From positions 1-40,088 of the forward strand of contig JAGRJA010000250.1 in the NCBI GenBank assembly GCA_020443005.1: 40,088 nucleotides of DNA, read 5' to 3'. Numbering within the stretch: position 1 is the stretch's first letter; the number at the start of each line of letters is the position of its first letter. The notes beneath the pieces were generated by a model. The model had not been told where the DNA came from and made no database searches. It was given only the letters and a program-made list of their open reading frames with translations. The stretch is from Pseudomonadales bacterium (GTDB taxonomy: Bacteria > Pseudomonadota > Gammaproteobacteria > Pseudomonadales > UBA7239). This document shows, one piece after another, positions 26,279 to 35,052 of this stretch. The position numbers and the translations under genes were made by a program.

Positions 26279-27010
26279 ATGCGTCAACCCGAAAGAATCC
26301 TTTGTGTCCTCGGCATGCATCGAAGTGGAACCAGTTGTCTGACCGGCTCCCTGCAGCAAGGCGGCCTTTTTTTGGGAAAACACCATACTTGGAATGAGTA
26401 TAACCGCAAAGGTAATCGGGAGAATCAGGATATCGTTGATCTGCACGAAAATATTTTCAAGGCAAACGGTGTCAGCTGGCATTACCCCGTTCGCTGTTCA
26501 AGCTGGTACGAAAGACTGTTCAAACCCCAGTTGAAGTGGCGAAACAGCGACTACGAGCAGGCCCGAAAAATACTTGATGATTACGCCGACCAACCCATCT
26601 GGGGCTTCAAGGATCCACGCGCCCTGATGCTACTGGACGGATGGCTAAAAGTTGCACCTCACATGGAATTCGTGGGCATATACCGTCATCCGATGGCAGT
26701 AGCACAGTCCTTGCACAACAGGGAAGCACTCAAACTCGAAATAGCCCACGGCCTTGAGTTATGGCTTCAATACAATACTGCCCTCTTCCGGCAATTCAGA
26801 AAAACCCCCTTCCCGCTGCTGAGCTTTGACTGGTCAGAAGAAAAATTTCACGACAAACTGGAACAATTGCACAAGCAACTGGGGCTGGCAGCTCTACCTG
26901 AAGGGCAACGCTTTTATACAGCAGAATTGCACAATGAGAAGATAACCACCGCAGCCTTGCCACCCAAGGTTCAGGCCTTGTATGAAAAATTCCAGGAGAT
27001 TGAATACTAA
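26279..27010 (+). CDS. Sulfotransferase family protein
   Basis: PAPS 5'-phosphosulfate-binding-loop-like motif ILCVLGMHRSGTS seven residues from ATG 26279. Alternative starts at 26240 and 26141 (TTG). Confidence 0.7.
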   Translation: MRQPERILCVLGMHRSGTSCLTGSLQQGGLFLGKHHTWNEYNRKGNRENQDIVDLHENIFKANGVSWHYPVRCSSWYERLFKPQLKWRNSDYEQARKILDDYADQPIWGFKDPRALMLLDGWLKVAPHMEFVGIYRHPMAVAQSLHNREALKLEIAHGLELWLQYNTALFRQFRKTPFPLLSFDWSEEKFHDKLEQLHKQLGLAALPEGQRFYTAELHNEKITTAALPPKVQALYEKFQEIEY

Positions 27011-27011
27011 T

Positions 27012-28091
27012 ATGCCTGAGAACAAATCGCCCAACCTGGCTACAGACAAACCAACGCCCAAAAATATTCCCAACGCGCCAAAGCCGGTTATGTGGTTCGA
27101 CCCCCACAGTATGCCGACGATTCCGTCCAGTGATCCCGGCTACCTCACAAAAAGTCACAAACCCGTGCTGTCCATCATTGTGATGGTTTATAAAATGCCC
27201 GAGCAGGCCCAAAAAACCATCTATTCCCTGTCAACAGCCTATCAACGGGATGTCAGTGAAGCAGACTATGAAATTATTGTTATGGAAAACCCTTCCAATA
27301 ACCTGCTTGGCAAAGAAGCGGCAGAATCAATAGCCAGCAATGTACGCTACATTTTTTACCCGGAAACCCTGCCCACACCAGTAAACGCAATGAATCATGG
27401 TGCTCAACAGGCAAACGGTGACTGGATAGCTGTAATGATCGACGGTGCACGCATGGTCACTCCGGGCATGGTTAACTATATTCTCGCCGCTCGTCGACTT
27501 GCGCCCAGAGTCGTTATCTCGGTACCCGGGTATCACCTTGGCAACAAGGTTCAGCAGGAAGCGATGCTTGAAGGCTACGATGAAACAACCGAAGCCGAAC
27601 TCCTCGACAGTATTAATTGGCCAGAAGACGGCTACCGGCTGTTTGAGATCAGTTGTCTGAGTGGCACCAGTGCCGGTGGCTACTTCAAACCTATCGGCGA
27701 ATGCAACTGCTTCTGTATGTCGCGCGAGGTATGGAACGAGCTAGGCGGCTATGATCCGGGTTTCACGGAAACAGGCGGAGGCCAATGTAACCTCGACCTC
27801 TATAAAAGGGCTGTTGAATTACCGGATACCACACTGGTTACACTCATGGGAGAAGGCTCCTTCCATCAGTTTCACGGTGGCATTACCACCGGAACCAAGG
27901 GCGAGGAACGACTGAAAGCCATGCAGGATCATTTCAACCAATATGCCGCCCTTCGTGGCGGTTCCTATTCATCTCCACTCAAGCGGTCACTGTATCTCGG
28001 CACACTTCCCGACTGTGCTCTCAAGTTTGTCCGGCATTCGGCCAGCGTTGTGATGAAAAACCACGGTGAAATACCTCGCGAACTGAAATAA
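27012..28091 (+). CDS. GT-A (GT2)-like protein, paralog 1 of 5, with Pro-rich N-terminal extension
   Basis: Shares LSIIVMVYKMP, YEIIVMEN, IDGARMVTP, VPGYHLG, W..DGYRLF, GGG.CNL and GEGSFHQFHGG with the other four paralogs. ATG is 1 nt after the upstream stop. Confidence 0.7.
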   Translation: MPENKSPNLATDKPTPKNIPNAPKPVMWFDPHSMPTIPSSDPGYLTKSHKPVLSIIVMVYKMPEQAQKTIYSLSTAYQRDVSEADYEIIVMENPSNNLLGKEAAESIASNVRYIFYPETLPTPVNAMNHGAQQANGDWIAVMIDGARMVTPGMVNYILAARRLAPRVVISVPGYHLGNKVQQEAMLEGYDETTEAELLDSINWPEDGYRLFEISCLSGTSAGGYFKPIGECNCFCMSREVWNELGGYDPGFTETGGGQCNLDLYKRAVELPDTTLVTLMGEGSFHQFHGGITTGTKGEERLKAMQDHFNQYAALRGGSYSSPLKRSLYLGTLPDCALKFVRHSASVVMKNHGEIPRELK

Positions 28092-28128
28092 ACCCCGATA
28101 GCAAGACGCAAGAAGGAATAACCGGAAA

Positions 28129-29154
28129 ATGACAAAAAAACCCATACTCTCAATTATCGTCATTGTCTACAAAATGCCTCGACAAGCAATGAACACCCTG
28201 CTCAGTCTCGCGCTTCCCTACCAGAAAAACGTCAATCCAGAAGAATATGAAGTGATTGTCATTGAAAACAGCTCAGAACAGAACCTGAACGCTGACACAG
28301 TCACAGCTCTCGGCCCGCAATTCCGCTATTTTCTCAGGGAGGAGTCTGGTGTTTCTCCTGTGCCAGCGGTTAATTTCGGTTTTGAACAATGTCAGGGCGA
28401 ATTCATAGGCCTGATCATTGACGGCGCCCGTATGGTCACACCGCGGGTTCTTGAATACGCCATGCTTGGCTATAAAATCACCCGTCAGGCGATTGTTATG
28501 GTACCCGGCTATCATCTGGGCGAAGAAGATCAAAAGTTTCATCTCACCACCGGTCACTCTGCGCAAAAAGAAATCGAAAAACTGGAAGAACTGGACTGGC
28601 AGGAAAACGGTTACCGTCTCTTCAACTTTGCAGCATGGAGTTCCAGTAACCAACGAGGTTACTTCCAACCGATGCAGGAATGTAATTGCCTTTTTGCCTC
28701 AAAGGACAATTTTGACCTTATTGGCCGTGCTGATGAGCGCTTTGATCAGGCTGGCGGCGGCAGCATCAACCTGCATATCTATCGCAGCCTCGGCATGCTA
28801 CCTGAAAGCCAGCTTTTCATACTGCCAGGGGAGGGTTCATTCCACCAGTTTCACGGCGGTGTAACAACCACCGAAATTGAAAACCGTGAAGCCCTGCTAA
28901 AAGCGTTTGATCAACGCCTGGAAGAGATCTGGGGAGGGAGCTTCAAGGCACTGACGAGAGAACCTATGCTGCTTGGCGCTGTCACCCATGCGGCTCAACC
29001 CTTTCTCTCGAAAGCCTCGGAACTGGCAACCCGCCGGTTCCAGCGGCTGACAATCAATAAAAAGGAATTCTGGGAAGATGACAAGGCTTTCGAACGATTC
29101 ACAGAAAACGCTGTCAGTGTTGTCGACGATGGCTATCAGCCTCCGGAAATGTAA
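28129..29154 (+). CDS. GT-A (GT2)-like protein, paralog 2 of 5
   Basis: SIIVIVYKMPRQAMNT, YEVIVIENSS, IDGARMVTPRVLEY, VPGYHLG, GGGSINLHIYR and PGEGSFHQFHGG. Confidence 0.7.
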   Translation: MTKKPILSIIVIVYKMPRQAMNTLLSLALPYQKNVNPEEYEVIVIENSSEQNLNADTVTALGPQFRYFLREESGVSPVPAVNFGFEQCQGEFIGLIIDGARMVTPRVLEYAMLGYKITRQAIVMVPGYHLGEEDQKFHLTTGHSAQKEIEKLEELDWQENGYRLFNFAAWSSSNQRGYFQPMQECNCLFASKDNFDLIGRADERFDQAGGGSINLHIYRSLGMLPESQLFILPGEGSFHQFHGGVTTTEIENREALLKAFDQRLEEIWGGSFKALTREPMLLGAVTHAAQPFLSKASELATRRFQRLTINKKEFWEDDKAFERFTENAVSVVDDGYQPPEM

Positions 29155-29161
29155 TAAACAC

Positions 29162-29443
29162 TCAGGGTAGCTTTTTTTTAGCCATACGCTTCAGTTTCGC
29201 TTTGGCGTATTTGTCGCCCTGATCAGCTGCCTGTTGTAACCAGTACAAATACTGGTCATGACTTTTCTCAACACCATTACCGGCAAAATACATGCGAGCC
29301 ACTTTCTGCTGTGCCTCCAGAACGCCCTGCTCTGCGAGCGGCAGAAGAATCTGAAAGGCCTGATCAAATTCAAAATGCATAAAAGCATTCACACCTTTCT
29401 GCAGCAATTGCATATTTTCATTTTCCCCAGTGGATTTGCTCAT
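29162..29443 (-). CDS. Sel1-like repeat (SLR/TPR-type) protein, 93 aa
   Basis: LAEQGVLEAQQKVARMYFAGNGVEKSHDQYLYWLQQAADQGDKYAKAKL fits the Sel1 repeat consensus. ATG 29443 has an AAGGAG SD; the ORF track extends to 29548. Confidence 0.7.
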   Translation of the reverse strand: MSKSTGENENMQLLQKGVNAFMHFEFDQAFQILLPLAEQGVLEAQQKVARMYFAGNGVEKSHDQYLYWLQQAADQGDKYAKAKLKRMAKKKLP

Positions 29444-29573
29444 AATCTCCTTGCGTTCAGGTTGATTTGCGCCCTGTTTTATTGCATCTGGAAATCGGTT
29501 CAACACACAACTGCCGATGCTATCCATTTTCGCAACAGGAGTGCTCAAGGCAATATTATACGCATTAAACCTG

Positions 29574-30326
29574 CTATACAGCGGGTGTTTTTTTCCAGAT
29601 AGTCACATGTGGCCTGTCACTTTCTCCGACAGGCCGACCGTTGGAATAGTAGAAAGTGGAAATCGATTTTCTCGACATATCCGGCGGGCAGGTCAGTGGC
29701 GTCGGATGCCCATGATAAGTGTCGCTTCCCGTTGAGAAAATGACAGCTCTCCCGGCTAAAGGTGCAACTTTTTTCACGCAGGTTTTCATATCGGCAGTCC
29801 ACAACTCAAGATCACCGCCATAACTCTCTTTCCAGTTCTTGTTCAGGTAAACAATGATATTCAGCCGTCGGTCAAGATCGGTTTCAGGTTGTTTATTATA
29901 GTCAGCGTGCACCATCAAGAATCCACCCGCCTTGCTTTCATGCAAGCCCCCTCCGGCCCGATAGGGGTCGGGAATCAGTGCAGACACACCAGTAAGCGTT
30001 TGCAGAAATGAAATAAACTCGGCCGAATTAAGTTCCCAATAAAAGTGACGAATGGGCAAGCCAACACGAAGCTCCATTGAAACCCAGTGCTTTTTATATT
30101 GCGCTACCGTACCATCTTTGAGTTTTTGTGACTCATCATCGTGATTGTCCCTTTTTTTGGGCTCAGGGAATGTCGCCAGTAACAAATCAATCGATTTCTC
30201 ATCGAGAAAATGATCAATAACGATGTGAGGGAACGGTTCAGCATTCCGGTATTCGTCAGCGTGCTTTCTGGCGAAATCCTGTAGAAAATCAAAATCAAGT
30301 AGAGGCTGGATACCTTGTTGGCTCAT
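29574..30326 (-). CDS. 2OG-Fe(II) oxygenase (prolyl-4-hydroxylase-like)
   Basis: PFPHIVIDHFL N-terminal motif, HxD (VHADYN), distal His (YHGHP) and the 2OG-binding RKS. GGGAGG SD. Confidence 0.8.
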   Translation of the reverse strand: MSQQGIQPLLDFDFLQDFARKHADEYRNAEPFPHIVIDHFLDEKSIDLLLATFPEPKKRDNHDDESQKLKDGTVAQYKKHWVSMELRVGLPIRHFYWELNSAEFISFLQTLTGVSALIPDPYRAGGGLHESKAGGFLMVHADYNKQPETDLDRRLNIIVYLNKNWKESYGGDLELWTADMKTCVKKVAPLAGRAVIFSTGSDTYHGHPTPLTCPPDMSRKSISTFYYSNGRPVGESDRPHVTIWKKTPAV

Positions 30327-30359
30327 GACTTCAAGCTACCTCCCGTAATACACGACAAA

Positions 30360-30995
30360 TCAATAATCCTCGAATGCTTTTTGTCGCTCTTCCAGCGAAC
30401 GGGCACGATCATTGATATAAAAGAAAGCGACCAGCGACCAGGCGGAACCATTTACCGTCGATCGAATTGCGGAAAGCTCTTTTACTGCTGAGAGAAACAA
30501 TTGACCGGGTATCATGGTTTTTATTGTACTGCTCTCGCCTTCATCGGGCATCCGTATAGCTGTTTCAGAAGGCGCATGCGATTCTGCAGCCAACAATATT
30601 TCCACCCGAAGTACCGGGTACAAATCAGTCACCGGATGGCGTAAAAAGGGTAACTGTATTTTCTGGTTGTTCCAGCTCTCAATACCACCACCCACAAGAA
30701 ACGGATCTGGCAACAGAGCCTGAGTACCCGACACAGAGGCAAGGTGACGCAAGGTGGTCGGTGAATGAAGCTCCCAAATCAGCTGTCGAATCAAGGGCGT
30801 CTGCCTAAGTCGGGCCTGGCCTTCAGGGCTTGCAACAACAGAAGCCTGCAAACCTGCCAGACAATCTGCAAACACAGCATGATATTCACGCTTGATGAAA
30901 TCGCCAAGAAACAGGTGCGGGAAGTGTTCCGCATTTTGAAATCGACTGCATTGATACTGCTGAAAATGGCTAACAAGTACAGAAGTATCAACCAT
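30360..30995 (-). CDS. Degenerate paralog of the adjacent 2OG-Fe(II) oxygenase (facial triad lost)
   Basis: Shares NAEHFPHLFLGDFI, WELHS and GTQALLPDPFLVGGGIE with its neighbour. It has HPV instead of HxD and lacks the distal His and the Arg. ATG 30995; the ORF-track start 31040 is GTG. Confidence 0.55.
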   Translation of the reverse strand: MVDTSVLVSHFQQYQCSRFQNAEHFPHLFLGDFIKREYHAVFADCLAGLQASVVASPEGQARLRQTPLIRQLIWELHSPTTLRHLASVSGTQALLPDPFLVGGGIESWNNQKIQLPFLRHPVTDLYPVLRVEILLAAESHAPSETAIRMPDEGESSTIKTMIPGQLFLSAVKELSAIRSTVNGSAWSLVAFFYINDRARSLEERQKAFEDY

Positions 30996-31187
30996 TATTG
31001 CCGGCAACTTTTTCGCCACAGACACGCCACTCCATCCCACCCCGGGATTGCAAGATCATTAACGGTTCACTTATTCAGGAATTCACTCTAACATACAACA
31101 CATGAATCAGAAAAATGTTGATACAGGGCAAGCACTTGCCATCAGTTTATTCACGACAGAAAACCCCGAACACAGACAGCTTATAAC

Positions 31188-32177
31188 ATGAAGGCACCAT
31201 TGAAGATATCTGTCATTGTTATTGTTTATCGTATGCCGAGACAGGCTATTAATACGATTTACAGCTTGTCAGCCCTGCACCAGAGAAACATCAAGGAAGA
31301 AGAATACGAAATCATTGTTGTCGAAAACAGGTCCGAAAATATGATTGATCAGCAACAACTCCTTGCACTGGGTAAAAACATTCGTTATTTCAGCCGCGAA
31401 GAGAGTGGCCACTCACCAGCTGCCGCAATCAATTATGGTTTTAGCCTCTGTCGCGCAGATTACATTGGCCTGTTGATTGACGGCGCCCGCATGGTGACAC
31501 CGCGTGTTCTCGAATACGCCCTTCAGGCCAAAAGCATTGATAAAAATTCGATTTTTGCCGTTCCGGGCTACAACCTTGGCGCCGAAAAACAACACATTGA
31601 TTCTCACTACAGTGAAGAAAAGGAAATCCGTTTGCTCTCGAAAACCAACTGGCAGCAAAACGGATACAGGCTGTTTGATATTGCCAATATCGGCGAAGCT
31701 AATCCCCGCGGATTTTTCCAGCCTTTCATGGAAAACAACTGTCTATTTTCATCGCTGGGCAGCTATGAAAACATAGGTTTCGCCGATGAGAATTTTCATT
31801 TTCTGGGTGGCGGTGGACTAAACCTTCATATGTTTCGGCTTTTGGGTACATTAGCCAATGCGCCTTACCTTTTTGTCACGCCAGGTGAAGGCTCTTTTCA
31901 CCAGTATCACGGTGGCGTTTCCACAACTCCGCGAGCCGACAGGGAAGAAATACTGGCCCCCCCCCGTAAACAGTTGGTGAGTTACTGGGGAGGCGATACT
32001 TTCAAGGCGCTGCAAAGAGAGCCTTTTCTGCTGGGCGCTGTCAACAGCCACGCACAGAAATTTCTGCTCTATTCCAGCCAGCGAGCACTGAAACGCTTCG
32101 AGCGCAAAACCCGTAATAATGAGCCATTCTGGCCATCCGACTTCAAACAAAAGCGTTATACGGAGCATTTCAGTTGA
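31188..32177 (+). CDS. GT-A (GT2)-like protein, paralog 3 of 5 (contains C9 tract)
   Basis: SVIVIVYRMPRQAINT, YEIIVVENRS, IDGARMVTPRVLEY, VPGYNLG, GGGGLNLHMFR and PGEGSFHQYHGG. Confidence 0.7.
   Translation: MKAPLKISVIVIVYRMPRQAINTIYSLSALHQRNIKEEEYEIIVVENRSENMIDQQQLLALGKNIRYFSREESGHSPAAAINYGFSLCRADYIGLLIDGARMVTPRVLEYALQAKSIDKNSIFAVPGYNLGAEKQHIDSHYSEEKEIRLLSKTNWQQNGYRLFDIANIGEANPRGFFQPFMENNCLFSSLGSYENIGFADENFHFLGGGGLNLHMFRLLGTLANAPYLFVTPGEGSFHQYHGGVSTTPRADREEILAPPRKQLVSYWGGDTFKALQREPFLLGAVNSHAQKFLLYSSQRALKRFERKTRNNEPFWPSDFKQKRYTEHFS
31957..31965 (+). repeat. Homopolymeric C9 tract inside paralog 3 coding sequence
   Basis: Read directly: ctg gcc ccc ccc cgt (LAPPR). It is the longest G/C homopolymer I found in the window. 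Confidence 0.9.
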
Positions 32178-33178
32178 ATCAACCCATACCCAAAATATCG
32201 GTTGTTATCATTGTTTACAACATGGCTCGTCAAGCCATGAATACATTGTATTCATTGAGCCCTGAATATCAGAAAAACATTGATGCCAACGACTACGAAA
32301 TTATTGTGGTTGAAAATCATTCCTGCAACATGCTCGATAAACAGCAGGTTGAAATGCTTTCGCCAAATATCCGATATTTTTGCAGGGAAGAAAAAGGTGT
32401 TTCTCCCGTTCCGGCAATCAACTTCGGTTTTCAAAAATGTCGCGCCCCCATGATTGGCCTGATGATTGATGGTGCTCGCATGGTCACACCGCGCATTATC
32501 GAATACACCTTAATGGCTCAACACATCGATGCGAATGCTGTCGTCGCCGTACCCGGCTACAATCTTGGCCCCGCCGAACAGCAATATGCAGAGCAGTTGA
32601 ATTATAACGAAGCGATTGAAACCGCTATGCTCAGCAAGACAAACTGGCAAAAAAATGGCTACCGTCTTTTTGATATCAGCAGTATTGGTGGCGCCAATCC
32701 CACCGGAGTCATCAATCCTTTGATGGAGTCAAATTGTGTATTCGCCTCAAAAAAAAGCTTTGAAAAAATCGGATGGGCCGACGAGCAATTTACTTACCCC
32801 GGTGGCGGTTCGGTTAACTTGCACATCTTTCGCTCATTGGGCATGCTGCCTGAAAGCAATGCCTATTTTATCTTGCCCGGAGAGGCCTCTTTTCACCAAT
32901 TGCACGGTGGAGTCACCACTGCCAACTCAAGCCAACGCGAAGCCATGTTGAAAAAGTTTGCCCAACAATTGAATAATCTATGGGGTGTATTCAGTGTACT
33001 CAAACGCGAACCCATTTTACTCGGTGCTGTTACCAGTCACGCACAACCCTTTTTGAAATTTTCAGCTGATGAAGCGATGATTCGCTTTGATCGCCTATCC
33101 GAAAAGGGTGTTGATCACTGGGTGGACGATGTCGCCCGAAAGCAAAAAATCGGCAGCCAAGGAAAACCATACCCATGA
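32174..33178 (+). CDS. GT-A (GT2)-like protein, paralog 4 of 5
   Basis: SVVIIVYNMARQAMNT, YEIIVVENHS, IDGARMVTPRIIEY, VPGYNLG, GGGSVNLHIFR and PGEASFHQLHGG. The TTG start overlaps the paralog 3 stop (TTGA), and no in-frame ATG lies upstream of the conserved core. Confidence 0.7.
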   Translation: MNQPIPKISVVIIVYNMARQAMNTLYSLSPEYQKNIDANDYEIIVVENHSCNMLDKQQVEMLSPNIRYFCREEKGVSPVPAINFGFQKCRAPMIGLMIDGARMVTPRIIEYTLMAQHIDANAVVAVPGYNLGPAEQQYAEQLNYNEAIETAMLSKTNWQKNGYRLFDISSIGGANPTGVINPLMESNCVFASKKSFEKIGWADEQFTYPGGGSVNLHIFRSLGMLPESNAYFILPGEASFHQLHGGVTTANSSQREAMLKKFAQQLNNLWGVFSVLKREPILLGAVTSHAQPFLKFSADEAMIRFDRLSEKGVDHWVDDVARKQKIGSQGKPYP

Positions 33179-34167
33179 CCAGAAACCCAAAGCTATCGAT
33201 CGTGCTGATCGTTTACAAGATGCCGCGACAGGCGCTGAATACGATTTACAGCCTTTCCATAAACCACCAGAAAAATGTGCGGGAAACTGATTACGAAATC
33301 ATCGTGGTAGAAAACCTTTCCAGCGATAACCTCGATGGAGATGCAGTTTGTGCAATCGGCAACAACATACGCTACTTTCCAAGAAATGAAACCAGCGCCT
33401 CTCCGGTTGGTGCAATCAACTTCGGCATTGAACAATGCCGGGCACCGGCGATATGTCTGATGATTGACGGCGCCAGAATGGTGACGCCTCGCGTCATTGA
33501 GTATGCACTGATGGCTCGCAACATCGATCAGGATTTTCTGTTGGCCGTTCCGGGTTACAATATCGGCCCCCATGAGCACCAATACAACATCTCAAGGCAA
33601 TACGATCAGGAAACTGAAAAACGCTTGCTGGAAACCGTAAAATGGAAAACCAACGGTTATCGCCTGTTTGATATCTGCAATATCAGCGGTGCCAATGAAA
33701 AAGGCATTTTTCACCCGTTGCTGGAGTGCAATTGCATGTTTTCTTCTGCACAAAACTTTGAGCGTATCGGTGGTGCAAACATGGATTTCCAGCTTCCGGG
33801 AGGAGGGTCAATCAACCTTCACATGTTCCGTCAACTCGGCATGCTGAAACAGACCCGATACTACTTCATCACACCCGGGGAAGGTTCATTCCACCAGTTT
33901 CATGGCGGCATAACCACACAGGAAGCCGAAGATCGTGAGGAAGTACTTGAATCCCATCGCAAACAGCTTCATTCCTACTGGGAAGGTGGTTTTCATGCCA
34001 TGCGACGGGAGCCTATTCTTCTTGGCGCCGTTGGTAGCAAGGCACAATCATTTCTGCATTACTCCTCAAAAAAAGCGCGCAAACGCTTTGGGTGGATGCG
34101 AAACGGAGGAAAACATCCCTGGATTGACGACTTCAATCTGTTTGCATCTGCCAATTTCAACACTTAA
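33175..34167 (+). CDS. GT-A (GT2)-like protein, paralog 5 of 5
   Basis: SIVLIVYKMPRQALNT, YEIIVVENLS, IDGARMVTPRVIEY, VPGYNIG, GGGSINLHMFR and PGEGSFHQFHGG. ATGA overlap with the paralog 4 stop. Confidence 0.7.
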   Translation: MTRNPKLSIVLIVYKMPRQALNTIYSLSINHQKNVRETDYEIIVVENLSSDNLDGDAVCAIGNNIRYFPRNETSASPVGAINFGIEQCRAPAICLMIDGARMVTPRVIEYALMARNIDQDFLLAVPGYNIGPHEHQYNISRQYDQETEKRLLETVKWKTNGYRLFDICNISGANEKGIFHPLLECNCMFSSAQNFERIGGANMDFQLPGGGSINLHMFRQLGMLKQTRYYFITPGEGSFHQFHGGITTQEAEDREEVLESHRKQLHSYWEGGFHAMRREPILLGAVGSKAQSFLHYSSKKARKRFGWMRNGGKHPWIDDFNLFASANFNT

Positions 34168-34257
34168 TATGAATATTTTGACACTCACCGGCAAGTTGTC
34201 AGCCCTGTAAACACCCTCGGCAAGAATGAGTCGATCTACCACACAAAGAGAATATAT

Positions 34258-35043
34258 ATGGCGATTTATGCACCCCCTTCAATCCGCAGATTTTCAGCTG
34301 ACTTTATGTGCTTCAGTACATGGGTAGATCATCTGGCATTTGGTTATGACATTGTCGCCGCATTAAGGCCCGCACTTACTGTAGAACTCGGCACTCAGGG
34401 TGGGCTTTCCTTTTTCTGTTTCTGCCAGTCGTTAAAAGAGAATGAAATTGATGGTATTGCCTATGCCGTCGACACCTGGGAAGGAGAAGAGCATACAGGC
34501 AAGTATGATGAATCCGTTTTCAATAGCGTGCAGGAACACGCCAGAAAAAATCATGCTGGACGAGCCTATCTCATGCGCATGCTTTTTCAGGAAGCTATCA
34601 ATCACTTCAGTGACGAATCCATTGATCTACTGCATATTGATGGCTTGCACACCTACGACGCCGTGAAAGAGGATTTCACAACCTGGTTACCCAAGGTAAG
34701 ACCCGGAGGTGTTATCCTCTTTCATGACATTCAGGCCAGGATGATGGATTTTGGCGCCTGGAAATTCTGGGAAGAATTATCTGCTTCCGGAGAATACAAA
34801 ACCATGGAATTCAAACACGGTTTCGGTCTGGGCGTGCTTCAGAAAAACGGTGGGCCGCAAAACGAACATACTCTGCTCAAACTCCTTTTTGACGCGTCAC
34901 CGGATGAGCACGGTGAATTACGCGCATTCTACATCCATGCAGCAAAATTCCTTGAACTCCAGCGCAAAGTTGAACGGCAGGAGCGCATGAAGAAAAAACG
35001 ACAGGCCGAAATGCAGGCAAAACAAAAAAACGCACAAGCGTAA
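34258..35043 (+). CDS. Class I SAM-dependent methyltransferase (Methyltransf_24/CmcI-like by recollection) with basic C-terminal tail
   Basis: Motif I-like VELGTQGGLS, IDLLHIDGLHTYDAVKEDF and VRPGGVILFHD. Lys/Arg/Gln-rich tail is RKVERQERMKKKRQAEMQAKQKNAQA. Confidence 0.7.
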   Translation: MAIYAPPSIRRFSADFMCFSTWVDHLAFGYDIVAALRPALTVELGTQGGLSFFCFCQSLKENEIDGIAYAVDTWEGEEHTGKYDESVFNSVQEHARKNHAGRAYLMRMLFQEAINHFSDESIDLLHIDGLHTYDAVKEDFTTWLPKVRPGGVILFHDIQARMMDFGAWKFWEELSASGEYKTMEFKHGFGLGVLQKNGGPQNEHTLLKLLFDASPDEHGELRAFYIHAAKFLELQRKVERQERMKKKRQAEMQAKQKNAQA

Positions 35044-35052
35044 TAGCTTTTT

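Noticed and set aside
31126-31139. GGCAAG-ca-CTTGCC inverted repeat in the promoter region of paralog 3
   Set aside because: It is only a 6-bp arm, so it could easily arise by chance. It is noted as a possible operator but is too weak to call.
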